Notes under the pieces: model-generated
Databases searched by the model: none
What the model was told of the DNA's origin: nothing
The model's input: the letters and a program-made list of their open reading frames with translations, nothing else
Part shown: piece by piece, positions 18,055 to 25,928 of the stretch
Layout of the letters: each line of letters begins with the position of its first letter
Position numbering within the stretch: position 1 is the first letter of the stretch
Made by a program: the position numbers and the translations under genes
Assembly (NCBI GenBank): GCA_947168065.1
Contig: CAMVKH010000007.1
Span: 5,202 to 69,201 of the forward strand
Length of the DNA: 64,000 bases
Reading direction: 5' to 3'
Source of the DNA: an uncultured Bacteroidales bacterium
Lineage (GTDB): Bacteria; Bacteroidota; Bacteroidia; Bacteroidales; UBA932

Positions 18055-18855
18055 CTACAAAATGTGCTCTTTGATGAGCGTCGCGGAGAGTTCACTCAGG
18101 GCAGCCTCGGTGGGCTCCAGAACGACCGACTCCTTGTGCGAGAGCACCACGTTTTCAATCTGCTTGACCTTGGTCGGCGAGCCTTTCAGGCCGAGGCGGT
18201 CCATTTCGGCGTCAATGCTGTCGGCGTTGATCATCCGGACCTCCTCCTTGGAGAGGCGAATCATCCGGTGCGCATTCGGGAAACGGCAGTCGGCGGCAGC
18301 CGACGTGACGGTTACCAGCACGGGGAGCTTGGCTTTGACGCACTCGGTCCCCCGTTCCAGACGGCGGCGGATGGTGATCGTCTCCGCATCGACGGCAAGC
18401 AGTTCCTCAGCATACGTAACCTGGGGAATATCCAGTTTTTCAGCCACTTGCGGACCCACCTGCGCGGTATCGCCATCGATGGCCTGGCGGCCGCCCAGGA
18501 TCAAGTCTACCTTGCCCAGCTGGCGGATGGCCTGCGAAAGGGCATACGAAGTGGCCAGCGTGTCGGCACCGGCAAAGCGGGCGTCGCTCAGCACGAAACC
18601 GTCGTCGGCGCCGCGATTGCGGGCATCCTTGATGATTTCGGCAGCACGGGGCGGGCCCATCGTAACCACGGTGACCGTTGCATCGGGCATCTGGTCTTTG
18701 ACCTGCAGGGCCATCTCAAGGGCTTTGAGGTCTTCCGGATTGAAAACAGTCGGCAGGGCGGCACGGTTGACGGTGCCGTCCGCATTCATGGCGTCAGCCC
18801 CGACATTGTGCGTGTCGGGAACCTGTTTGGCCAATACTACTATTTTGAATGACAT
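18055..18855 (-). CDS. etfB: Electron transfer flavoprotein beta subunit
   Basis: MSFKIVVLAKQVPDT... and DLILGGRQAIDGDTAQVGPQVAE are typical EtfB motifs. Confidence 0.9.
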   Translation of the reverse strand: MSFKIVVLAKQVPDTHNVGADAMNADGTVNRAALPTVFNPEDLKALEMALQVKDQMPDATVTVVTMGPPRAAEIIKDARNRGADDGFVLSDARFAGADTLATSYALSQAIRQLGKVDLILGGRQAIDGDTAQVGPQVAEKLDIPQVTYAEELLAVDAETITIRRRLERGTECVKAKLPVLVTVTSAAADCRFPNAHRMIRLSKEEVRMINADSIDAEMDRLGLKGSPTKVKQIENVVLSHKESVVLEPTEAALSELSATLIKEHIL

Positions 18856-18881
18856 AGGATTGTATTCTTATGATTGTGTTT

Positions 18882-19631
18882 CTAGTTGATCGCCAGACCG
18901 CCGTCGCAGCTGATGACCTGTCCGGTCACATAGGCGGCCAGGTCGCTGGCCAGGAAGAGCGACACGTGCGCCACGTCGGTGTCGAGGCCGCCGCGGTGCA
19001 GCGGGATCTGCTTCATCCACTCTTTGCGCACCTCTTCGGAGAGCTGCTGCGTCATCGGGGTCTCGATGAAGCCCGGAGCCACGGCGTTGCAGCGGATGCC
19101 GCGCGAACCGAGTTCCTTGGCGATGGAACGCGTGAAGCCGATGATACCGGCTTTCGAGGCGGCGTAGTTGCACTGGCCGGCATTGCCGTTCAGGCCCACG
19201 ATCGAGCTGATGTTGACGATCGAGCCGCTACGCTGACGCATCATCATCGGCGCGAAGGCTTTGGTATAGTTGAAGACGGAGCGGAGATTGACATCCATCA
19301 CCATATTCCAGTCTTCCACGCTCATACGGAGGATGAGCTGGTCGCGGGTGATGCCGGCGTTGTTGACCAGGATGTCGAGGCGGCCATAGTTCTCCTGAAC
19401 CCAGGCTGCAACTTCCTGCGTCTGCGCAAAATCCGAGGCGTTCGAAGCCAGGAAATCGGCCCGGACACCCTTGGCGCGGAGTTCCGCCACAAGGGCGTCG
19501 CTCTGCTCGTTCTGCTTGAGATCGGTAAAGATGATATTCGCACCCTCATCGGCGAAGAGGAGGGCATGGCTGCGCCCGATTCCGCGCGATGCGCCGGTAA
19601 TCAGGGCGGTTTTATCTTGAAGGAGTTTCAT
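18882..19631 (-). CDS. fabG: 3-oxoacyl-ACP reductase (SDR)
   Basis: TGASRGIG cofactor motif, NNAG, and the YAASKAG catalytic Tyr/Lys. 249 aa. Confidence 0.9.
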   Translation of the reverse strand: MKLLQDKTALITGASRGIGRSHALLFADEGANIIFTDLKQNEQSDALVAELRAKGVRADFLASNASDFAQTQEVAAWVQENYGRLDILVNNAGITRDQLILRMSVEDWNMVMDVNLRSVFNYTKAFAPMMMRQRSGSIVNISSIVGLNGNAGQCNYAASKAGIIGFTRSIAKELGSRGIRCNAVAPGFIETPMTQQLSEEVRKEWMKQIPLHRGGLDTDVAHVSLFLASDLAAYVTGQVISCDGGLAIN

Positions 19632-19634
19632 AGC

Positions 19635-20066
19635 TTATTCGGGTTTATCGACCAACATGAAGATCAAGGTTCCTTTCGCACAGAGCTTGCCGTCGACCCG
19701 GGCCTCTGCATCAATGAAGAAAGTCAGGCCGCGACGGTTGGCGATATGCGCCGTCACCGTGAGCAGGTCGCCGGGGCGGACCTGATTCTTGAAACGCACA
19801 TTGTCCAGGCCTGCATAGAAGGTCAGGCGTCCGGGGAGTTCTTCGAGGACCAGGGCGCAGCTGCACTGTCCCATAATCTCACAGAGGATGACACCCGGGA
19901 CGACAGGATAGCCGGGGAAGTGGCCCTGAAGGAAAAATTCATCACCGCGCACCTGATAGTGACCGGTAGAAATCCCGTCTTCGACCGTCACATCGTCAAC
20001 GAGCAACATCGGTTCCCGATGCGGCAGGTAATTCTTAAGTTCTTCTCTTACCATAGTATCGATCAT
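19635..20066 (-). CDS. fabZ: FabZ/FabA-type 3-hydroxyacyl-ACP dehydratase (hotdog fold)
   Basis: LPHREPMLLVD, HFPGYPVVPGVILCEIMGQ (catalytic His and Glu). 143 aa. Confidence 0.8.
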   Translation of the reverse strand: MIDTMVREELKNYLPHREPMLLVDDVTVEDGISTGHYQVRGDEFFLQGHFPGYPVVPGVILCEIMGQCSCALVLEELPGRLTFYAGLDNVRFKNQVRPGDLLTVTAHIANRRGLTFFIDAEARVDGKLCAKGTLIFMLVDKPE

Positions 20067-20070
20067 TATT

Positions 20071-21309
20071 TTAGATTCTTCTCAATGCCACGCACGCGTT
20101 CTGGCCACCGAAACCGAACGAATTGCTGATCGTCAGGCCGGCCTTGTAATCACGGGCGGTATGCGGCGTATAGTCGAGGTCGCATTCGGGATCGGGCTCG
20201 TCGAGGTGGATGGTCGGAGCCACTTTGCCGTCCCTGAGGGTCAGGGCGCAGATCACCAGCTCGATGGCGCCGGTGGCGCCGAGCATGTGACCCATCATCG
20301 ACTTGGTGCTGCTGATGACCGCACGGCGGGCCGCCGTCTCGCCCAGGGCCTGCTTGATGGCCAGGGTCTCGGACTTGTCATTGAGCGGGGTTCCGGTGCC
20401 ATGCGCGTTGACATAGAGCTGCTCTCCGTCCTTGTAGCCGGCTTCTTCGAGAGCCAGGCGGATGCACGCCGTGGCGCATTTGGCGTCGGAACGCGGCGCG
20501 GTATAGTGGAAAGCGTCGCAGGTATTGCCGTAACCGCTCACCTCGGCATAGATGTGCGCGCCGCGACGGCGGGCCGCTTCATATTCTTCCAGGATCATGA
20601 TGCCGGCACCTTCGCCGATGACGAAGCCCTTGCGGCGCAGGTCGAACGGCAGCGAGGCCGCCATCGGGTCGTCGCTCGTGGTAAGGGCCTTGCTGTTGGC
20701 GAAACCGCAGATGGCCATCTCACAGAGCGCAGCTTCGGCGCCGCCGCTGATCATCGCGTCGGCGCGGCCTTCGCGGATCAGGCGGTAAGCCTCGCCGATC
20801 GAATGCGTACCGGTTGCACAGGCGGTGACAACAGGGAGATTCGGACCTTCAGCGTGGTATGTGATCGCCACGTTGCCCGAAGCGATATTGGCGATCATCT
20901 CGGGGATAAAGAGCGGCGAGACGCCACGGGCACCGTTTTCGAGCATCGAGCTATGTTCACGGCAGAAAGTCTGGATGCCGCCCACACCCGAGCCGATGGC
21001 GCAGCCGAAACGGCTGGGATCCACGTCCTTGCCTACTTCGAGGCCGCTGTCGCGCATGGCCTGCGAAGCGGCGGCCAGCGCGTAGAGCGCATAGCGGTCG
21101 TTGTGGCGGATCATCGGGCGGTCGATGCCGTAGTCTTCGGGACGGAAGTCCTTCACCTCGGCGCCGATCCTGACCGGCAGGTTTTCCGTGTTGATGGATT
21201 TGATATAATCGATGGCGCACTTCCCTTCCAGCAGGCCCGACCACATGGTGTTCACGTCGTTGCCCAGCGGGGAAATAGCGCCCAGTCCTGTAATTACTAC
21301 TCTTTTCAT
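20071..21309 (-). CDS. fabF: Beta-ketoacyl-ACP synthase II
   Basis: MKRVVITGLG, ACATGTHSIGEA (active-site Cys), NAHGTGTP and GHMLGATG (two His). The track start at 21318 is a TTG, so ATG 21309 is preferred. Confidence 0.9.
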   Translation of the reverse strand: MKRVVITGLGAISPLGNDVNTMWSGLLEGKCAIDYIKSINTENLPVRIGAEVKDFRPEDYGIDRPMIRHNDRYALYALAAASQAMRDSGLEVGKDVDPSRFGCAIGSGVGGIQTFCREHSSMLENGARGVSPLFIPEMIANIASGNVAITYHAEGPNLPVVTACATGTHSIGEAYRLIREGRADAMISGGAEAALCEMAICGFANSKALTTSDDPMAASLPFDLRRKGFVIGEGAGIMILEEYEAARRRGAHIYAEVSGYGNTCDAFHYTAPRSDAKCATACIRLALEEAGYKDGEQLYVNAHGTGTPLNDKSETLAIKQALGETAARRAVISSTKSMMGHMLGATGAIELVICALTLRDGKVAPTIHLDEPDPECDLDYTPHTARDYKAGLTISNSFGFGGQNACVALRRI

Positions 21310-21314
21310 AAATG

Positions 21315-22277
21315 TCAATATTGGATGGCGGACCAGTCCAGGATGGCCGCCGCAGTCACGAACCCGCCTCCGAAGGTGCTGATCATCAGCGTCTGGCCAT
21401 CTTTCAGCTCACCGGCTCTGGAGAGCTCGTCGATCAGGATGCCGACGCTGGCCGAGGACGTGTTGCCATATTTCTGAATATTGGTCGGGAATTTCTCCCG
21501 GGGCTGCTCCAAATGTTCGCGGATGCACTCGATGATGCGCATGTTCGCCTGATGGAGCAGGTATTTGTCGATGTCCGCGCCGGTCAGTCCGTTGCGCTGA
21601 AGCAGGACGTCCACATCGTTGATGCAGGATTCAACGGCAATGCGGAACACCTCGCGGCCTTCCATCACCAGCGGCGTAGTTCTCTCCTCCACGCGGTCGA
21701 ACGGCGTCGGCTCGAGGGAGCGTTTGTAGTACATAACGTCGGTATGCGGAACGCCGGTCAGGCGGAAATCGCGGAAACCCTTTCCTTCGGTGACCACCAT
21801 CGCCGCAGCACCGTCTCCGAAAAGCACCGAGGTCGCCCTGTCGTGCCAGTTGCAGAAACGGGAAGGCTGTTCAGCCGCCACGACCAGGATGTTCCGGGCG
21901 CGGCCGGTCTTAAGGAAAGAATCAGCTATGTCGAGCGAATAGACCAGCCCAGCGCAAGCGCCGTTCAGGTCGAACGTCGGGCAGACGCAGCCCAGCGTAC
22001 CGAGCAGGATGCTGCCCAGCGAGGGGGACACATAGCTGTTGGCCACGTTCGAGCAAATCAGATAATCGATTTCCGAGGCTTGCAATCCGGAAGATGCAAG
22101 GGCGGCCTGCGCTGCCTTGGTGGCCAGTTCGCGCAATGTCTCGGTACTCAGAAGCCGCCGCGTGTGAATGCCGGTGCGCGTTGTGATCCAACTGTCGCTG
22201 GTTTCCAGAAAACCTGCCAGCATATCGTTGGAAATCTCCTTCTGGGGAAGCGCACTGCCTGTTCCTATGATTTTCAT
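21315..22277 (-). CDS. fabH: Beta-ketoacyl-ACP synthase III
   Basis: NGACAGLVY (Cys), LLHQANMRI (His), GNTSSASV (Asn). 320 aa. Confidence 0.9.
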   Translation of the reverse strand: MKIIGTGSALPQKEISNDMLAGFLETSDSWITTRTGIHTRRLLSTETLRELATKAAQAALASSGLQASEIDYLICSNVANSYVSPSLGSILLGTLGCVCPTFDLNGACAGLVYSLDIADSFLKTGRARNILVVAAEQPSRFCNWHDRATSVLFGDGAAAMVVTEGKGFRDFRLTGVPHTDVMYYKRSLEPTPFDRVEERTTPLVMEGREVFRIAVESCINDVDVLLQRNGLTGADIDKYLLHQANMRIIECIREHLEQPREKFPTNIQKYGNTSSASVGILIDELSRAGELKDGQTLMISTFGGGFVTAAAILDWSAIQY

Positions 22278-22317
22278 TTGAGGTATATTCTTTAAAATTC
22301 GTACATTTGGGGCAAAA

Positions 22318-23172
22318 TTGATTGACTTGAACGCTCCGAAATATTTGTTGCAGAAAACTTTTCTGCTGGGATCCGTCGCTTTCGTCGTGGTCTTCTCCTT
22401 CCTTTTCCTCTTTCTCTATCACCCCTTTTCCGACACCATCTGGCTCGGGCTCGACCCGAAAAACAACCTGGTGCCGACACTGTTGTTCTATTTGGTCTGC
22501 ATTCTGATCCTGTTCATCAGCAAGGAACTGATGATGCTCTATCAGATCCGCCATACCATCACGGTAGGCCGCTACATCTTATGGCTGACCGGAGAATTCG
22601 TCCTGATCGCCACGGTTTACCTGATGTTCGCCTCGCGCTATTTCAATCCGGAAATCCTGCTTTCAGCGAAACTGCTGCTGCGTACCTCCTACTGTGTAGC
22701 CCTGATTCTGGCCATCCCCTATGTGATTTTCACGCTGATTGCCGCCAACCGCGACAAGGCCGAGGAAATCAATGCCCTGAAAATGAACCAGGAGGCCGAC
22801 CGGCCGGAGCCCAAATCCCGCATTATCGATTTCTACGATTATACCGGTGCCCTGAAGCTGTCGGTCGCTTCCGACGACATCTTCTACATCGCATCGCAGG
22901 ACAATTACGTGGAAATCCGTTACGAGCTGGATGGCAAACTGCTCAATTACCTGATGCGCTGCCGTACCACGCGGCTCGAAAAGCAACTGGAGGGCACCTC
23001 ACTCGTGCGCTGCCACCGATCCTTCATCGTGAACGTGGACAACGTCTCGCTCTTCAAGCGTGAGAACGCACGGGTGCTGCTGGTGCTCAATCACCCGGAT
23101 GCCAAAAAGATCCCCGTTTCCAAGAGCTACTACAAGACCATCGCGGAACGATTGGGCCGGATCGCCTCGTAG
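22318..23172 (+). CDS. Membrane-anchored LytTR-domain DNA-binding protein
   Basis: About 4 N-terminal hydrophobic helices and a C-terminal LytTR domain (IFYIASQDNYVEIRY...RCHRSFIVNVDNV). The start is uncertain: the TTG at 22318 is only 9 nt after a TACATTTG -7 box at 22302-22309. Confidence 0.75.
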   Translation: MIDLNAPKYLLQKTFLLGSVAFVVVFSFLFLFLYHPFSDTIWLGLDPKNNLVPTLLFYLVCILILFISKELMMLYQIRHTITVGRYILWLTGEFVLIATVYLMFASRYFNPEILLSAKLLLRTSYCVALILAIPYVIFTLIAANRDKAEEINALKMNQEADRPEPKSRIIDFYDYTGALKLSVASDDIFYIASQDNYVEIRYELDGKLLNYLMRCRTTRLEKQLEGTSLVRCHRSFIVNVDNVSLFKRENARVLLVLNHPDAKKIPVSKSYYKTIAERLGRIAS

Positions 23173-23198
23173 CGCTCTCGTCAGCCGGGTCCTTTTAT

Positions 23199-23438
23199 TT
23201 ACATACGCGCGGAGATGTATTCGATGGCGTCGCCGACGGTCTTGATGTTCATTGCATCCTCGTCGGAGATCTTCAGCGAGAACTCTTTCTCGAAGTCCAT
23301 GATCAGCTCGACAGTGTCGAGAGAATCGGCGCCGAGATCCATCGTGAAGCTGGCGGCGGGGGTGACTTCTTCTTTCGGGAGACCGAGTTTGTTGGAGATG
23401 ATGTTGATGACTTTCTCCTCAATTGCGTTTTTTTCCAT
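23199..23438 (-). CDS. acpP: Acyl carrier protein
   Basis: 79 aa with [16 protein letters not shown] (phosphopantetheine Ser in the DSL motif). Confidence 0.9.
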   Translation of the reverse strand: MEKNAIEEKVINIISNKLGLPKEEVTPAASFTMDLGADSLDTVELIMDFEKEFSLKISDEDAMNIKTVGDAIEYISARM

Positions 23439-23468
23439 TTTTTTCAGATTTTAATATTTTACCGGGCG

Positions 23469-23476
23469 CAAAGGTA
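23469..23476 (-). promoter_or_regulatory. -7 box (TACCTTTG on the reverse strand) for acpP
   Basis: Plus strand reads CAAAGGTA, 31 nt upstream of the acpP ATG. Confidence 0.45.
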
Positions 23477-23515
23477 GCCAACCCCGCGCCAAGTTCCTTG
23501 CGCGTACAAGCCGTT

Positions 23516-23576
23516 TGTGGCGAAAAACGGCCGTATTGGGGCGAAAGACCGCGGATTGTGGCGAATTGTGGCGAAT
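23516..23576 (+). promoter_or_regulatory. Phased array of four TTG(T/G)GGCGAA direct repeats
   Basis: Copies start at 23516, 23537 (one mismatch), 23557 and 23567, giving spacings of 21, 20 and 10 bp. The array lies between the acpP promoter and the C40 peptidase promoter. Confidence 0.5.
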
Positions 23577-23583
23577 TTTATAG

Positions 23584-23591
23584 TATATTTG
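23584..23591 (+). promoter_or_regulatory. -7 box TATATTTG for the C40 peptidase/epimerase pair
   Basis: 31 nt upstream of ATG 23622. Confidence 0.45.
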
Positions 23592-23621
23592 TTGGTTGTA
23601 AGGTATCAATTTCAAGGGAAA

Positions 23622-24653
23622 ATGAAACATTTTTACACTTATTTCATCTGCCTGCTGCTCGCGCTGAGCTGCGGAGCCCCCGACAAGAATCCCCAGGACA
23701 CCACACCCAAATCCGAGCCGGAAGACGAGAACGGACTCGCCATGGCCACCCTCTCCGTAATCAATATGCGCGAGAAGCCCGACTACGCTGCCGAACTCGG
23801 AACGCAGGCCCTGATGGGCACGCCAGTCAAGGTCCATTATCGCGACGGATACTGGGTCAACATCGAGACCCCCGACGGCTACAAAGCCTGGGTCAACGAC
23901 ATGGCCATCGTTCCGATCGACCAGCCCCGCCTCGACGCCTGGAAGACCTCCCGCCGCGTGGTCGTCACCAATTATTATACTTTCTTCGTCAACGCGCCCA
24001 GACCCGATGCCGCACACGTAAGCGACGCTGTCTGGGGCGACATCGTGGAAGTCACCGGCACGGCCGGCAAATATACGAAAGTGGTCCTGCCCGACGGACG
24101 GCAGGCCTACGTCCCCACCGCCGACGTGACGGATCTACGCACCTGGGTGGACAGCCGGAAGGCCGTCATTCCCGCCGATGCCCCGCAAAAAGACGTCGAG
24201 AAAGCACGCGCGCTGATTATCGAAACGGCCAAGACGTTCCTCGGTGTGCCTTACCTGTGGGCAGGTACTTCCATCAAAGGCGTGGACTGCAGCGGTTTCT
24301 CCAAGAGCGTCTATTTCCTCAACGGCTACATGCTCCTGCGCAACGCCTCGCAGCAGTACAAGACCGGTGAACCAGTCGATGTTTCACAGGGCCTGGACAA
24401 CCTTCAGCCCGCCGACCTGGTCTTCTTCGGCCGCGAAGCCACGGAAGACAAGCCTGAACGCATCTCGCACGTGGCCATCTATCTCGGTGACGGCAAGATC
24501 ATCCACTCCTCGATGCTGGTCCGGATCAACTCATTGATCGAAGGCGAGCCGGACTACTACGACCGCAAGCCCATCCGCGCCTGCCGCATCATCGGCAATC
24601 AGGACTGCGGAAAGGGCGTCGTTTCCATCGCCCAAAGCGGCGTCTATTTTTAG
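23622..24653 (+). CDS. NlpC/P60 (C40) peptidase lipoprotein with SH3b-type domains (YkfC-like gamma-D-Glu-diamino-acid endopeptidase)
   Basis: Lipobox MKHFYTYFICLLLALSCG. The C-terminal C40 domain contains GVPYLWAGTSIKGVDCSGF (catalytic Cys) and ISHVAIYLG (His). The track start at 23517 is rejected because it lies upstream of the promoter. Confidence 0.85.
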   Translation: MKHFYTYFICLLLALSCGAPDKNPQDTTPKSEPEDENGLAMATLSVINMREKPDYAAELGTQALMGTPVKVHYRDGYWVNIETPDGYKAWVNDMAIVPIDQPRLDAWKTSRRVVVTNYYTFFVNAPRPDAAHVSDAVWGDIVEVTGTAGKYTKVVLPDGRQAYVPTADVTDLRTWVDSRKAVIPADAPQKDVEKARALIIETAKTFLGVPYLWAGTSIKGVDCSGFSKSVYFLNGYMLLRNASQQYKTGEPVDVSQGLDNLQPADLVFFGREATEDKPERISHVAIYLGDGKIIHSSMLVRINSLIEGEPDYYDRKPIRACRIIGNQDCGKGVVSIAQSGVYF

Positions 24654-24673
24654 ACATTTATACAATTAATAAT

Positions 24674-25849
24674 ATGAGCGATCGCAGAACATTCCTCAAG
24701 ACGGCGGGCCTGCTGACGGCCGGCGCCGCGATGTGGCACCCTTCCCAGCTCTTCGCCCGCAGTGCGGGAGCCGCCAAGAAGAAAGCTGGCAGCAAGAAAC
24801 TCGAACTCGCCTGGGAAGACTTCCAGGGTATCATGAAGTTCACCTTCACCATCTCGGGTTCTTCACGCACCACTACCCCTATCGTCATCACCCGCCTCAC
24901 CTGGGACGGCTACGAAGGCTACGGCGAGGCCGCCATGCCGCCGTATCTGGGTGAAACGCAGGCCTCCTGCCACGAATTCTACAAGAAGGTGGTCGACGGC
25001 GTCCTCCCGAAGTTCGACAATCCGTTCCAGATCGAGGACATCATGGCCGCCGTGGACAAGGTCACGACCAACAACACCGCCGCCAAGGCTTCGATCGACA
25101 TCGCCCTGCACGACCTGGTGGGCAACATCTTCGGCCAGCCGTGGTGGAAGATCTGGGGCTTCAATCCCAAGGATGCGCCTTACACCTGCTATACCATCGG
25201 CTACGATGCCTCCGACGAGATGGTCAACACCAAGATTACCGAAGCCTCGTGGAACAAGATCATCAAGGTGAAACTCGGTATGAGCGAAGCCGAGGACAAG
25301 CGCATGATCAACCTGATCCGCGCCCGCGACCAACGCCCCATCGTGATCGACGCCAACCAGGGCTGGAAAGACAAGTACTACGCCCTCGATATGATCCACT
25401 GGCTCGCCGAACGCGGCGTCGAGATGATCGAGCAGCCTATGAGCAAGCTGATGCTCGACGAAACCGCCTGGATCACCGAGCGCAGCCCGCTGCCCGTGAT
25501 GGCCGATGAAAGCTGCCAGCGCATCTACGACATCCCGCGTCTGAAAGGCGCTTTCCACGGCATCAACATCAAGCTGATGAAGTGCACCGGCCTTTGGGAA
25601 GCCCGCCAGATGATTACGATGGCCGAGCAGAACCACATGAAACTGATGGTCGGCTGCATGACCGAAACGTCCGTAGCCATCTCCGCCGCAGCGCAGATCT
25701 CCCCGAAAGTCATCTGGGCCGACCTCGACGGCAACTACCTTCTGGGCAACGACTGCTTCGACGGCATGAAACTCGTCGACGGCCGCATCACCCTCGAAGA
25801 CAAACCCGGCCTCGGCCTGACCAAGAAACCGGGCATCATCAGCATTTAA
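24674..25849 (+). CDS. Enolase-superfamily dipeptide (L-Ala-D/L-Glu type) epimerase with a twin-arginine signal peptide
   Basis: The N-terminus MSDRRTFLKTAGLLTAGAAMW matches the Tat consensus S/T-RRxFLK. The barrel carries KVKLG, DANQGW, EQP and ADES motifs of MLE-subgroup epimerases. It starts 20 nt after the C40 gene. Confidence 0.8.
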   Translation: MSDRRTFLKTAGLLTAGAAMWHPSQLFARSAGAAKKKAGSKKLELAWEDFQGIMKFTFTISGSSRTTTPIVITRLTWDGYEGYGEAAMPPYLGETQASCHEFYKKVVDGVLPKFDNPFQIEDIMAAVDKVTTNNTAAKASIDIALHDLVGNIFGQPWWKIWGFNPKDAPYTCYTIGYDASDEMVNTKITEASWNKIIKVKLGMSEAEDKRMINLIRARDQRPIVIDANQGWKDKYYALDMIHWLAERGVEMIEQPMSKLMLDETAWITERSPLPVMADESCQRIYDIPRLKGAFHGINIKLMKCTGLWEARQMITMAEQNHMKLMVGCMTETSVAISAAAQISPKVIWADLDGNYLLGNDCFDGMKLVDGRITLEDKPGLGLTKKPGIISI

Positions 25850-25892
25850 AAAAGGTCAGAAGAAAAAGGACTATTGTCCTGAAAATAAACAA

Positions 25893-25926
25893 ATTAACAC
25901 ACCCCTTATAAAAAGGGTGTGTTAAT
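25893..25926. terminator. Bidirectional hairpin terminator between convergent genes
   Basis: ATTAACACACCC...GGGTGTGTTAAT, a 12-bp stem flanked by an A-run and a T-run. Confidence 0.6.
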
Positions 25927-25928
25927 TT

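Noticed and set aside
22292-22554. Reverse ORFs 22292..22480 (62 aa) and 21922..22554 (210 aa), which overlap the fabH 5' end and the LytTR gene.
   Set aside because: They are out-of-frame overlaps with two well-supported genes. They are Arg/Gly-rich nonsense typical of off-frame GC-rich translation.
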